Assembly (NCBI GenBank): GCA_951812505.1
Contig: CATOSI010000001.1
Location: 750,012-814,011, forward strand
Length of the DNA stretch: 64,000 nucleotides
Source of the DNA: an uncultured Dehalococcoidia bacterium
GTDB taxonomy: Bacteria > Chloroflexota > Dehalococcoidia > Lucifugimonadales > UBA1123
Direction of reading: 5' to 3'
Part shown: piece by piece, positions 1 through 10,096 of the stretch
Layout of the letters: every line of letters starts with the position of its first letter
How positions within the stretch are numbered: position 1 is the stretch's first letter
The notes under the pieces: generated by a model
What the model saw: the letters and a program-made list of their open reading frames with translations, nothing else
Told to the model about the DNA's origin: nothing
Databases searched by the model: none
Position numbers and translations under genes: made by a program

Positions 1-309
1 ATATTCCCAAACGTCAGTGATCTTTAGAGCATACGCCGTTTTCACTCCCTCATAGTAGGCGTCAAAGTCGCCCTTGGTGACTCCGGCCTTGTCCGACACT
101 TTCTCCCATACTGTTTCCGGAGGGCCGCTCCACACCTGTTCGATGCGGAATCCCCCTCTAAGCTGTCTGACTGGGGTAGTGACGTATATCAATACTTCCT
201 GATTCTTCACGTAAATGCTTATACGTCTTCGCAACTCGGCAGTCTTGGTTCCATCGAAAATCTGGTCTGCGAAATATGGCTTCACTGAAAGTAGCAATTT
301 CGAAGTCAT
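1..309 (-). CDS. ASCH/PUA-like domain protein (COG4933-like), 3' end runs off the window
   Basis: Not in the ORF track. Manual translation from ATG 309: MTSKLLLSVKPYFADQIFDGTKTAELRRR...VLIYVTTPVRQLRGGF...VWEKVSDKAGVTKGDFDAYYEG; the LSxKP...I..G.K..E.RR and IY.T.P motifs are typical of ASCH. Starts 8 bp after the upstream stop. Confidence 0.85.
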   Translation of the reverse strand, partial: MTSKLLLSVKPYFADQIFDGTKTAELRRRISIYVKNQEVLIYVTTPVRQLRGGFRIEQVWSGPPETVWEKVSDKAGVTKGDFDAYYEGVKTAYALKITDVWEY

Positions 310-317
310 GCCAAGCC

Positions 318-2330
318 TCACCAAGAAAACCCGAATTGAAACAGCCTTTTAAAGGTTGATCGGGGAACCTGGGATGGGGACTGCAACACTAGACTCGCAC
401 CTTCTTCCTCGTAAATCACTCGCAAGTGCTCCAGTGAAATTGGCCGTCTGAATGGAAAGGTGTGGGAAAACTTCAGAGCCATGATGTCAGTATCCGGGTC
501 GCCGTCGCACATGCTGTGGATCTGATTCCAGTCGAGGATGCCCAAACCACTGTATCTTCTGAAGAGATTCCTCGCGGTGCCTGTTTCGATGTCGTCCAGT
601 TGAGAAATAGCCACCACTTGCCTCTGACTTCCGCTCACATACCATAGTAGTCGTGCAGGTGACCTCAACATTCGATGATGTGTTTTTTTGCGATAGTAAA
701 CATTGTCCCATCGTAGCAAGACGTTAGGATTGCCACCGAATAAGTCGTTTGCGGCCTGCCTCTGGTCGACGAGGCTGAGTGCGAATCCTGGACGAATTGG
801 GATCATGAAGCACTCTTCGGACGATGAAAGTGCCAGTGGGGAACAGTGCCGTTGTAAGTCCAGATCTGACATTAAATGAAACTTGGAGCTAACTTCAGGT
901 GCGACTTCAAGAGTACGGGAAAGTGCTTCTTCCCGTCGAAGACTCTCAGAAAAGCAGAGGCGTACGAGTTTGTCTTCCGTAGCAACAAAGCCCATTCTTT
1001 CTAATTCTGGCTTGAGTCTCGGGAAGACGCCGGTGTCGGTGAACTCTACCTTCTCTGCACCAATCGCTACGGCCCTAGTGATGCTGTCGGATACCAAGAA
1101 TTGTTCAATCAGCGAGCGTTGACCGGAATTAGATCCCCTTGCCACGTGAATCGTAGCAACGGAGTCGCCGACGTCGCGCTCAATCACCCTTATTGCAATG
1201 GCCTCATCGCCAAACCAAAGCAACTCACAATCAAAACGAGTCGGGTCTGCCAGATAAAGTTCAAGTCTTCCTTTGAACTCACCTTTACCTTCGCCCTGAA
1301 TTAGGAATATCTCGTAGGGCAGACTGTTGAGATCATCGGAACCAAGACGCCTCCATCTGAAGTCAACCCCTGATACGAGTTCTGGGAGGTAGGCTGCAGC
1401 ATCCAAGAATTCGTGGACTCTTACAATCAGTTCGGATGGCGACAACACAGTCAGTTCAGTGAGGTCTGCTATTTCCTTCGCTTTTCGCAGGAGCCGACCA
1501 TCCCGAGTGACGAAATACCTCACACTAGAAGCAGCAGTCTTTGCCAGTTGCCTTACATCGGAGAGTGCCCTTGGCGTATTGGACGGTAGAATATCCTTAA
1601 GTGTAGACTCGAATGCTAGGGAAGAATCAATGCCATGGATCACGGTGGGAAAGTTCAGGATACTATTCCGCGCCGCCTCTCTTTGAGAGGTATCGTGGTT
1701 TCGGTCAATTTCAACCATCAACTCATCCGTAACCCGTAAGCTGATAGTTTCTGCCAAGAAATCAGAAAGTAATGCTTTCGAGAGTTCCTCATGGTTTCTA
1801 TCCACTGAAATCAGGTCAAAGAATATCTGGGCATCAATTACAACATCAAGGGTATCAACGCCGGAATCGGCTTCGAAAAGGCTGAGTTGATCCTCGTGTT
1901 CCACGGTCAAACACCAATGAGTCAAGAGATGGCCAGCCCTAGAGCGTCCAGCTCTCTCACCCAACGGTATGAAACCTAGTTTCGGCCACAGAGTATTTGC
2001 AGGAAAATCACGTCTGCAGTGAAGCTTAATTGTCTTCTGCGTCGTTGCTTTGCACCGTAATTCCTCAACAAGAGCCTTACCTGTGCCTCGGCCGCGGCTC
2101 ATCTCAGCAATACACAGATGAGCAATGCGAAAGGAATTCCTGTTAGCGCCGTATAGGAGATAACCGAGAAGTTCTCCTCGCTCGTTGTGCGCTCCCAATA
2201 CATTGCCGTTCAAAATGTAATCGCAGAGGGCAGCTTTCGGAAGGAATCCAAGAGTCGCACTGTTCTGCTTCATCAGACGATCAACGGCATCTATGTCGTC
2301 AACCGCCAAAGTTGAAATCACCGTTCCCAA
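318..2330 (-). CDS. Multidomain GNAT acetyltransferase - PIN nuclease - degenerate GNAT - PUA/EVE-like protein (670 aa)
   Basis: N-terminal acetyl-CoA motif LCIAEMSRGRGTGKAL and ANTLWPKLGF; PIN motifs VVIDAQIF...E...SDVRQL...FVTRD; C-terminal IPIRP...NVYYR...LLWYVS PUA-like domain. Start is TTG (GTG at 2321 is an alternative). Confidence 0.75.
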   Translation of the reverse strand: MGTVISTLAVDDIDAVDRLMKQNSATLGFLPKAALCDYILNGNVLGAHNERGELLGYLLYGANRNSFRIAHLCIAEMSRGRGTGKALVEELRCKATTQKTIKLHCRRDFPANTLWPKLGFIPLGERAGRSRAGHLLTHWCLTVEHEDQLSLFEADSGVDTLDVVIDAQIFFDLISVDRNHEELSKALLSDFLAETISLRVTDELMVEIDRNHDTSQREAARNSILNFPTVIHGIDSSLAFESTLKDILPSNTPRALSDVRQLAKTAASSVRYFVTRDGRLLRKAKEIADLTELTVLSPSELIVRVHEFLDAAAYLPELVSGVDFRWRRLGSDDLNSLPYEIFLIQGEGKGEFKGRLELYLADPTRFDCELLWFGDEAIAIRVIERDVGDSVATIHVARGSNSGQRSLIEQFLVSDSITRAVAIGAEKVEFTDTGVFPRLKPELERMGFVATEDKLVRLCFSESLRREEALSRTLEVAPEVSSKFHLMSDLDLQRHCSPLALSSSEECFMIPIRPGFALSLVDQRQAANDLFGGNPNVLLRWDNVYYRKKTHHRMLRSPARLLWYVSGSQRQVVAISQLDDIETGTARNLFRRYSGLGILDWNQIHSMCDGDPDTDIMALKFSHTFPFRRPISLEHLRVIYEEEGASLVLQSPSQVPRSTFKRLFQFGFSW

Positions 2331-2442
2331 GCTTGAGTCCTAGAATATTGTGCTTTGTGTTCGAATCGAATCCATTCTCTTTGCATCAACAGAACTATCG
2401 AATTCGTCTGCCTTGAAAGGTTGCCAGACTTGACGGATCCTC

Positions 2443-5190
2443 CTAGGCTTTCGCAGGTTGGCGAGGTCGGCGGGCCGCGCCTCGGTCTTCGCCCACTATG
2501 TCCATGCGGACGGCGCAGACTTTGTACTCTGGGATTCGGGAGTTGGGGTCCAGGGCGGAGTTTGTGAGGAAGTTGGCGGCGTGTTCCTGAAGCTTGACGA
2601 ACGGGACGAAGAGTTCCCCGGCGCGCTGCTTGTCCGTGTAGTAGGCGCGGCCTTCGAGGTCGCCACGACGGGAGCGGACTCGTATCCACTCACCGTCAGG
2701 TATGCCGAACTTTTCGCCGTCGGCAGGGTGCATGGAGACGGTGAGCTCGGGCGAGCGGGCGAGCAGGTTGTCGGCGCGGCGAGTAATGGTCCCGCCATGC
2801 CAGTGGTATAGGACTCGGCCGGTGTTGAGTATTAGCGGGAATCTCTCGGTGGGCGTCTCGTCGGCGGCAGGACCCTGGTCGAAGGCGACGAACTTGGCGC
2901 GTGGACCGCGAGGGAAGTCGGATTCGTAGAGGTAGCGCGTGCCCGGGTGGTCGGGAGTGGGGCAGGGCCACTGTATTCCGCCCTCGTTTTCGAGGCGGTC
3001 GTATGAAATTCCGGCAATCCCGGGGCTGAGGGACCTCATCTCATCGAAGATCTGAGAGGGGTGGTCGTAGTCGAACTCGTGCTCGAGTTCCAGGCCGAGC
3101 TTCTCGCTGACGCGGCGCGCAACGTTCTGGATAATCTCCCAGTCGGGCTTGCTTTCTCCGACGGGGTCAATTGCCTTCCGGACGCGCTGAACGCGACGTT
3201 CGCTGTTGGTGAAGGTGCCGTCCTTTTCGGCGAACGAGGTGGCTGGCAGGACGACGTCGGCGATCTCAGCGGTTTCGTGCATGAAGATATCCTGCACGAT
3301 GAGGAGTTCGAGCTTCTTGAACGTCTCCTCGGCGTGGTGAAGGTCGGGTTCGCTAAGGAGGGGATTCTCGCCTGTGATGTACATCGCCTTCATGCGGCCC
3401 GCGTCTATAGCCGGCACCATGTCAGTAACGACCAGGCCAGGGTCGGGCGGGAGCGGCTGGCTGCTCCAGGCAGCCTGGAATTTGGCCAGGGACTCTTCTC
3501 CGATGGTCTGGTAGCCGGGGAATGAGTTGGGCAGACATCCCGCGTCGCCGCAGCCCTGCACGTTGTTTTGACCCCTCAGAGGGGAAATTCCGGAGCCGGG
3601 TCGTCCAAGCTGCCCGGCGAGAAGCGCGAGGTTCAGGAGACCGTGGGCGTTAGCGGTGCCCATCGTGTGCTGCGTGATTCCCATACCCCAAATGAGGCAG
3701 GAGCCGCTGAATGGCGGCTGGGCGTAAATTCTTGCGGCGTCGGCTATCTGGTCGGCGGGAACGCCGGTTATCTTCTCGGCATACACGAGGTCGTACTTCT
3801 GGACGGTCTCCCACCACTCGTCGTATTCCTCGGTGCGGTCTCGGACGAAATCGGTGTCGGCAAGTTTCTCGTCCACTATGACCTTGGCCATTGCATTGAG
3901 GAGGGCGACGTCGGTGCCAGGGCGCGGCCTGAGCCAGAGGTCGGCGTAATCGCACATCTCGATACGGCGAGGATTGATGATGATGAGCTTGGCTCCGCGC
4001 TCGACGACGGCCCGGCGCATACGTGAGGCGGCGACAGGGTGGTTCGAGTTGGCATCGGAGCCGATTATCACCAGGCATCCCGCCTCCTCGTAGTCTATGT
4101 AGGAGTTGGATGTCGCGCCGCTTCCAAGCGAGGTCAGCATTGCCTCGACGGACGGGGAGTGGCAGAGGCGAGTGCAGTGGTCTATATGGTTGCTCTGCAT
4201 GATAAGGCGAGCGAATTTCTGCTGGATGTAGCCGTCTTCGTTCGTGGCTTTGGCCGAGGCAAGAGTGCCGAAGGTGTCGCCGCGGTACTCAGCCAGTTGG
4301 GATGAAACGAATTCAATCGCTTCTTCCCATTCTACAGGCGTCAGTTCGCCGTCCTTGCGAATCAGGGGCTTGGTGATCCGGTCGGGGTGGTTGACGAACG
4401 AGAATCCGAAGCGTCCCTTGACGCATAGCATTCCGAGCGAGGACTGATTGTCCGGGTCGTCTAGAATCTCAATGATCTGGTCGTTGGGATCAATGCGAGC
4501 CTTGATACCGCAGCCCACGCCGCAGTATGGGCAGGTAGTGGTGACAGTCCGGACCGGGTTGGATACGTCAGCCTTAGGTGTAATTGCGCCGGTAGGACAG
4601 GATGCCAGACACGAGCCGCAGGTGGTGCAAACGGACTCGACGAGCGGCCTGTCCATGAACGTGCCGATGCGGGCCTCGGTACCGGCGCCGAGCACGTCGA
4701 TTGCGCCTATGAACTGGTGCCCGTCCTGGCACGCCTGGGCGCAGCGACCGCACATTATGCAGGAGTCCATCGCTATCTGGAAGACCGGATTCGAGGCATC
4801 GACGACCTCGCGCTCGCGTCCGGTCCATCGAGGGTTGTCAATGCCGTGATGCCGTGCGGCGATGGACAACTCTCGGTAGTCGTCGCCGGTGTCGCCGTTG
4901 GGAGGGAACATCGCCATTGTGAGTTCGAGGACGCCGCGCCGGGTATCGCGGGCATTTTCGGTCTCGGTCATGACACTCATGCCCTCGGCGGCAGGAACGG
5001 AGCAGGAGGCGGGAAGTCCGCGAACGCCGTCTATCTCGACCAGGCAGGTTCGACAGGCTCCGATGGCCTTCATATCAGGGTCTTTGCAGAGCTGCGATAT
5101 GTAGGCGCCGGACTGGTTTATCGCGTCAAGGACGGTGGCGCCGTCGTTGACTGTAACCTGCTTGCCGTTGATGGCGAGTGTGATGGTCAT
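2443..5190 (-). CDS. fdhF: Formate dehydrogenase alpha subunit with N-terminal 2Fe-2S/4Fe-4S domains (Cys-ligated)
   Basis: GACRTCLVE, CIMCGRCAQAC, TCPYCGVGC, LCVKGRFG, IDHCTRLCHSPS, PLRGQNNVQG, GTFTNSERRVQ, PEYKVCAVR motifs. Confidence 0.93.
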   Translation of the reverse strand: MTITLAINGKQVTVNDGATVLDAINQSGAYISQLCKDPDMKAIGACRTCLVEIDGVRGLPASCSVPAAEGMSVMTETENARDTRRGVLELTMAMFPPNGDTGDDYRELSIAARHHGIDNPRWTGREREVVDASNPVFQIAMDSCIMCGRCAQACQDGHQFIGAIDVLGAGTEARIGTFMDRPLVESVCTTCGSCLASCPTGAITPKADVSNPVRTVTTTCPYCGVGCGIKARIDPNDQIIEILDDPDNQSSLGMLCVKGRFGFSFVNHPDRITKPLIRKDGELTPVEWEEAIEFVSSQLAEYRGDTFGTLASAKATNEDGYIQQKFARLIMQSNHIDHCTRLCHSPSVEAMLTSLGSGATSNSYIDYEEAGCLVIIGSDANSNHPVAASRMRRAVVERGAKLIIINPRRIEMCDYADLWLRPRPGTDVALLNAMAKVIVDEKLADTDFVRDRTEEYDEWWETVQKYDLVYAEKITGVPADQIADAARIYAQPPFSGSCLIWGMGITQHTMGTANAHGLLNLALLAGQLGRPGSGISPLRGQNNVQGCGDAGCLPNSFPGYQTIGEESLAKFQAAWSSQPLPPDPGLVVTDMVPAIDAGRMKAMYITGENPLLSEPDLHHAEETFKKLELLIVQDIFMHETAEIADVVLPATSFAEKDGTFTNSERRVQRVRKAIDPVGESKPDWEIIQNVARRVSEKLGLELEHEFDYDHPSQIFDEMRSLSPGIAGISYDRLENEGGIQWPCPTPDHPGTRYLYESDFPRGPRAKFVAFDQGPAADETPTERFPLILNTGRVLYHWHGGTITRRADNLLARSPELTVSMHPADGEKFGIPDGEWIRVRSRRGDLEGRAYYTDKQRAGELFVPFVKLQEHAANFLTNSALDPNSRIPEYKVCAVRMDIVGEDRGAARRPRQPAKA

Positions 5191-5202
5191 GGTAGGCCTT
5201 TC

Positions 5203-5558
5203 TTATAGCGAGTCATACAACGGCACGTGAATCAATCTATTCGTCATATCATCTGGATTGTTGCGTTCTGAGATACGCTGCAGATTCTCTACGCAAGTTC
5301 CTATGTATGTTAACATGGGTGCGAAAACAACGCCGTGGAAGACTATACCATCTCTCTGCCGTCTCGCAGCTTCTCTCAGAAATCTTTGTCGTGTGTAAAA
5401 AACACACGGCCTAACTCACCTGACCTGTCCAAGAGCGACGGGTCAGGAGTTCTATCCCGACCCTCCTCGCGCGCCATGATTACGTCTATATGGCGTGAGC
5501 GAAGGCCATCAGTGATTCGGTCGTCCACATTGTGGTCCATGTAGTAGGCGACAGGCAC
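5203..5558 (-). pseudogene. DUF5615 PIN-like toxin, frameshifted
   Basis: YYMDHNV...D..LL...GRVFFTHDKDF then TGA (5376-5378). The -1 frame continues with family-like LREAARRQRDGIVFHGVVFA...IGTCVENL...LIHVPL to TAA at 5203-5205. Confidence 0.8.
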
Positions 5559-5559
5559 T

Positions 5560-5922
5560 TCAGGCCGTGACTTTCTCTTCTGCCTTCGCTTTCCTTCGCT
5601 CCGCCGCCCTTGCCTTCATACGACGCTCGAACTCTCTCTGGGCAGGCTCGTTCTGTCGTCTCATTTCCTCGACGATTTCGTCGCCCTCTTTGATTAGCCG
5701 TTCCACCTCTTCCTTGTTGTCGTAGTAGTAGGCGAGGGCAGAGTGGACCTGACCCATGTTTAGGACCGGCCAATATTTACAGATTTCCTCGGGGCTCAGT
5801 TTGTGGTGGTTGGTAGCTATGACGATGAGTTCCACCTTTATGCGGGTTCCGGCTATCATGGCGCGTCCGTCTTTCATCATCAGGATGTGCCGGTATCCGG
5901 TGTCGCTTACTATGGGCTGCAT
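5560..5922 (-). CDS. DUF433 family antitoxin
   Basis: IAGTRIKVELI...SPEEI...L..GQVHSALAYYYDN signature; directly upstream of the DUF5615 gene; ATG 5922 preferred over TTG 5952. Confidence 0.85.
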   Translation of the reverse strand: MQPIVSDTGYRHILMMKDGRAMIAGTRIKVELIVIATNHHKLSPEEICKYWPVLNMGQVHSALAYYYDNKEEVERLIKEGDEIVEEMRRQNEPAQREFERRMKARAAERRKAKAEEKVTA

Positions 5923-5998
5923 TTTGCTGTCTACCCCGACTGCGTCTCTCAATCCGTGATCAACTTAGTACGTAGTAGATTAAGTGTACCATTTGGGT

Positions 5999-7603
5999 TC
6001 ACGATTTGGCTTTGGAGATCAGTTCGTCGCGGAAGAAGTGCAGGCCGCTCAGGATGGGATTTCCGGCTGCCTGGCCGAGTCCGCAGAGAGATGCATCGTT
6101 GACAAGGCGTGCGAGGTTTGACAACTCATCAATGTCGTCCTTAGTGGCTGTGCCCCGGGCCATGGAATCTATCATCTCCACCATTCGGGGAGTACCCTCA
6201 CGACAGGGTGTGCATTTTCCGCAGGACTCATTGGCGTTGTACTGGGCGAGGTTGCGGACGACGGACAGCGCGTCCATAGAGTCGTCCATGACTATGATCG
6301 CGCCCGCGCCGAGCATGACGCCGGACTCATGCAGGAATCCAGGCTTGATGGGCGTGTCGAGCATGGAGGCGGGGAATATGCCGCTGGACGGGCCTCCCAC
6401 ACCTATTACATTGATGGAAGATCCGTCGGGAGGGCCGCCGCCGATGTCGTTGATGATTTCGCGGAGAGTCGTTCCCAAAGGGACTTCTATAAGACCGGGA
6501 CGGCGGACGGCTCCGCTGAGGTTGATTATCTTAGTTCCGGTGTCTGTCCCGTCGCCGATTTGGGCGTAGGCTTCCGCACCATTGGAAATGATGAAAGGCA
6601 CGCTGGCCAGGGTTTCTGCGTTGTTGATGACCGTTGGGCGGGACCAGAGGCCAGATTCCACCGGGTAAGGGGGTCTGATGCGTGGCTCGCGGCGAAATCC
6701 CTCGATGGTGTTGATGAGGGTGGTCTCCTCGCCGCACACGTAACCGCCGGCGCCTCTGCGGATTGCGACATTGAAGTCGTGTTCGGCGCCCAGGGCATTT
6801 TCACCTAGAAGCCCGATCTCGCGGGCCTGTCGGATGGCGACTTCCATGCGCCGGGCGGAAAGGTTTGCCTCGGCGTTGATGTAGAAGATGATGTCCGTCG
6901 CGTCGGAGGCGTATGCGGCTATGCAGGCGCCTTCTATCAGTCTGTGGGGCGCTCCTTCCATGAGATGTCGGTCTTTGAACAGGCCGGGCTCGCCTTCCTC
7001 GCAGTTTACTATCATGTATCTCCGGGCGGCGGAGAATCCGCGCGCGGACTCCCATTTGAGGCCGGCCGGGAAGTACGCGCCGCCGCGTCCCCTGATGCGA
7101 GAGTCCTTGACTTCCCGGATGACATCGGCTGGATCGGATTGCAGCGCTTTGACCAAGGCGGAGTAGCCACCATGCGCAATATAGTCGTCAATGGATTCGG
7201 CATCCAGGAATCCGCAGTTTTCGAGCGCGATGCGATGCTGATATCCAATGAAGTCCTCGGCGGCGGTCGGATGGACGATCAACACGTCGTCTTCAAGGGC
7301 GCGCTCAATTCGCCCGATGCCGTCGGGCTCCATGTAGTCCAGACGGTACACGTGTCCTGATTTGGAAGTGACCACTACACTTGGGCCCGCGAAGCAGGCG
7401 CCGTCGCATCCGGCAGTGATGACGCTCGCCGTGTCGCTGAAACGTTCTGCGACAGCATGAGCCACTTCGGACGCGCCAATGGAGGCCCCGCAGTGTCCAA
7501 CTTGGACCGCTATCTTAGGCCTGTCGGAGCGCGCGAGAGACAGCCGGTCGCGCACTGAATTGACGATTTCCTGGAAACGTGTCTGTAAGGGAGCGTCAGT
7601 CAT
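5999..7603 (-). CDS. NuoF/HoxF-like NADH-binding flavoprotein subunit of NAD-linked FDH
   Basis: RGRGGAYFPAGLKW, NCEEGEPG, GAGGYVCGEETTL, PTVINNAETLA, ESCGKCTPCREG, SLCGLGQ; ATG 7603 overlaps the upstream stop. Confidence 0.9.
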   Translation of the reverse strand: MTDAPLQTRFQEIVNSVRDRLSLARSDRPKIAVQVGHCGASIGASEVAHAVAERFSDTASVITAGCDGACFAGPSVVVTSKSGHVYRLDYMEPDGIGRIERALEDDVLIVHPTAAEDFIGYQHRIALENCGFLDAESIDDYIAHGGYSALVKALQSDPADVIREVKDSRIRGRGGAYFPAGLKWESARGFSAARRYMIVNCEEGEPGLFKDRHLMEGAPHRLIEGACIAAYASDATDIIFYINAEANLSARRMEVAIRQAREIGLLGENALGAEHDFNVAIRRGAGGYVCGEETTLINTIEGFRREPRIRPPYPVESGLWSRPTVINNAETLASVPFIISNGAEAYAQIGDGTDTGTKIINLSGAVRRPGLIEVPLGTTLREIINDIGGGPPDGSSINVIGVGGPSSGIFPASMLDTPIKPGFLHESGVMLGAGAIIVMDDSMDALSVVRNLAQYNANESCGKCTPCREGTPRMVEMIDSMARGTATKDDIDELSNLARLVNDASLCGLGQAAGNPILSGLHFFRDELISKAKS

Positions 7604-8060
7604 GAGTGGAGTTCCTGACCAGTTCAACAGCCGACTGAGCGTCCAGGCGTCCATACCAGCGACCATTTATCTCTATCGCCGGGGCTGTGCCGCACAGGAA
7701 GCCGCAGGCGGTCTCCTCGAGCGTGAAGCGGCTGTCGGTAGGGTCTGGAGCGAGTTCTTCTTCCAGCGCCGAGAGAATATCGGCTGAGCCCTGAACGAGA
7801 CATGAGAGGGCGGTGCAGACACGCACTACCGTGTCTCCCGGATCTTCGATGCGCAGTTCGGTGTACGAAGTAGCGGCGCCATACACTTCGGAGGCGGGGA
7901 TGCCCAGGTGCCAGCCGACTACTTCCATCCCCCAGTCGGGGAGGTAGCCGAATTCACGCTGGAGGAAGTGGAGTGCGGGCAGAAGTTGGCCATGATTTCG
8001 GGGGAACTTCGCCCTGAGTTCGCGGCGCAAAGTGTTCTGGTCGGTTATCAAGGACCTCAC
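7596..8060 (-). CDS. NuoE-like 2Fe-2S subunit
   Basis: LLPALHFLQREFGYLP, EVYGAATSY, CTALSC...CGFLCGTAP. Confidence 0.88.
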   Translation of the reverse strand: MRSLITDQNTLRRELRAKFPRNHGQLLPALHFLQREFGYLPDWGMEVVGWHLGIPASEVYGAATSYTELRIEDPGDTVVRVCTALSCLVQGSADILSALEEELAPDPTDSRFTLEETACGFLCGTAPAIEINGRWYGRLDAQSAVELVRNSTHD

Positions 8061-8218
8061 CTCTGATTATCCTGATTCAGACGGCGTGATTCTATCAGAA
8101 TTGGCGAGGGCATGATTGTCCGAATTCAAGATTTGCAGGATTATAGGATTGGACGGGATTCTACCCCTCCCTGATGTTTGAACACCTCGAGCGGGATGAT
8201 TGAGAAGGTGGGATTGAA

Positions 8219-10060
8219 TCAGGCAGTTGGGGAATAAGATACCAGCTTGTCCAAACCCAGTTCTCCCAACTTCTCGCCTGGTATCGTGCCATCGGGGTTC
8301 CAGCCGCGGGCCTCGTAATAGGCGGCGACCATCATGTCGAGGTCAGAGGGGGAGAGTCCGACGCCTGCGGCTACGCCGTCTGGGAGTGGCTCGGTCAGCA
8401 GACGTGGGGGCAGGGTGTCGGCGGCGCGGGTCCAGCCTTCGCGTATGTTGAAGAGCTTCTTTAGATTATTGATGCGCTCTCCTGCTTTCTTGAGTTCGTC
8501 GGGGGTAACATCCCAGCCGGTGATCAGGTTGAGAGAAGTTGCGGACTCGGTCCAGAAGTCGTCGAATGCCTTTCGCAGGAACTTGCACCAGATGAGCGAG
8601 TCGAGGACGGCGGAGAAGTCCTCGCCATCGGCGGTGATGCGGCCGCGGAGGGCGTCGGCCTCAAGCCTGTTGACGCGGTTGGAGAAGTCGGCCTCGTAAG
8701 CGGAGGAGCGGTTGTGGCACGCGCCTCTCGTGCTCACGGCTAGAGCGAGGGCCATGGTCTTGAGACTCCTAGGTTCGTAGCCTGGCATCTCCAGACCCTT
8801 GACATGCATTGCCCAATCCTGGGAGTTTTGGCCCAGAGACTCGGACGCGATCCGTGAGCCTTCCGCAAGTAATTTGCCCAATTTATCGCTTTTGTTTGAT
8901 ATAGATTCGAGACAAGTAAGAATGACTGCCGCGTTTCCAAACTGGAGGTCGAGGCCACAAGTATCTTCAAGAGTGAGCAGTCCGCGCTCGAGGCACTCCA
9001 TTGCCCAGGCTATTGTGCCTCCGGCGCTGATGGTGTCCATGCCCATTTCATCGCAGTAGTGCGAGGAGCGGATGACTGTCTCGCGGTCTGACACGCCAAC
9101 CAGCGGACCGAGCGCGAATGCGCTCTCGTATTCCATACGCCCGGTGGACTTTTTCTTGCCGCTTCCGACAGTGAGAATCTTTTCGCAGCCAATGGTGCAA
9201 TTGGCGCAGTGAGCGTTCTTGACGAAATGACCCTCGTAAAGAGCCTCACCGCTTACCTCTTCAGAGAACTCGAACGTGGACTTCTGGAAGTTGCGTGTTG
9301 GCAGCGTTCCGAGCCTATCGAAGACGGCGACATTGGCCATCGTGCCAGTCGTGCGGTACTTTTCAGTCGCGGGGCCCAGGCTCCTGGTGGAGAGGTCTCG
9401 ACCGATTTTGTCGAGGGTGTGCCTGTCGAATACGGGAGCGGGGTTGCGTCCTCGGACTGCTATGGCCTTGAGATTCTTGGACCCCATCACCGCACCTGTT
9501 CCGGTGCGACCCGCCTGACGACCGCCGTCGTTGGCGATGCTGGCGAATCGCACTCCATTTTCACCGGCGGGGCCGATGCAGGCGACCCTGAAACGCCTCC
9601 CAAGCGAATTTCTGACAGCCTGTTCAGTATCGAAAGTGTTGAGTCCCGCGAGATGAGCACCGTCCAGGAACTCCACTTGGTCGTCTTCGATGGATAAGAG
9701 TGTCAGTCGTTCGCTCCGCCCCTTGATGACAAGTGCGTCGCAACCTGCCCGCTTTAGCTCGACGGCCAAGAAGCTGGAGCTGAGCGAGTCGCCTATCATG
9801 CCGGTGAGTGGCGACTTGGCGGCGACGGCGAACTTACTGGAGGTCGTCAGCCTGCTACCAACGAGTGGGCTGCACGCGAAAATGAGCGGGTTTCGGGGGC
9901 CGAGAGGATCGGCTCCCTGGGGGCAGTGCTTGAAGAGCAAGTAAGACGCGAGTCCTGTCCCACCGATGAAATCTCTCAGGACGCTATCGGGCAGGGATTC
10001 GCGGCACACGGTTTGCGTGGAGAGGTCCACTACCAGGGCGACTCCGTGGTAGCCGTACAT
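8219..10060 (-). CDS. aor: Aldehyde:ferredoxin oxidoreductase (AOR/WOR tungsten-enzyme family)
   Basis: FIGGTGLA, AKSPLTG, CIGPAGENGVRFA, GAVMGSKNLKAI, CANCTIGC, EYES, GMDTISAG, HVKGLEMPGYEPR, RGACH, YYEARGW. Confidence 0.92.
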   Translation of the reverse strand: MYGYHGVALVVDLSTQTVCRESLPDSVLRDFIGGTGLASYLLFKHCPQGADPLGPRNPLIFACSPLVGSRLTTSSKFAVAAKSPLTGMIGDSLSSSFLAVELKRAGCDALVIKGRSERLTLLSIEDDQVEFLDGAHLAGLNTFDTEQAVRNSLGRRFRVACIGPAGENGVRFASIANDGGRQAGRTGTGAVMGSKNLKAIAVRGRNPAPVFDRHTLDKIGRDLSTRSLGPATEKYRTTGTMANVAVFDRLGTLPTRNFQKSTFEFSEEVSGEALYEGHFVKNAHCANCTIGCEKILTVGSGKKKSTGRMEYESAFALGPLVGVSDRETVIRSSHYCDEMGMDTISAGGTIAWAMECLERGLLTLEDTCGLDLQFGNAAVILTCLESISNKSDKLGKLLAEGSRIASESLGQNSQDWAMHVKGLEMPGYEPRSLKTMALALAVSTRGACHNRSSAYEADFSNRVNRLEADALRGRITADGEDFSAVLDSLIWCKFLRKAFDDFWTESATSLNLITGWDVTPDELKKAGERINNLKKLFNIREGWTRAADTLPPRLLTEPLPDGVAAGVGLSPSDLDMMVAAYYEARGWNPDGTIPGEKLGELGLDKLVSYSPTA

Positions 10061-10096
10061 ATCAATTCTCGATTGTGAATTTTCAGTTTTCAGTTT

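Noticed and set aside
4150..4190. Selenocysteine in the FDH active site
   Set aside because: The codon is Cys (RLCHSPS) and the ORF is uninterrupted
8066..8160. TCTGAATCAGGAT-type repeat (also ~21235-21250)
   Set aside because: Only two or three short degenerate copies; not enough to define an element
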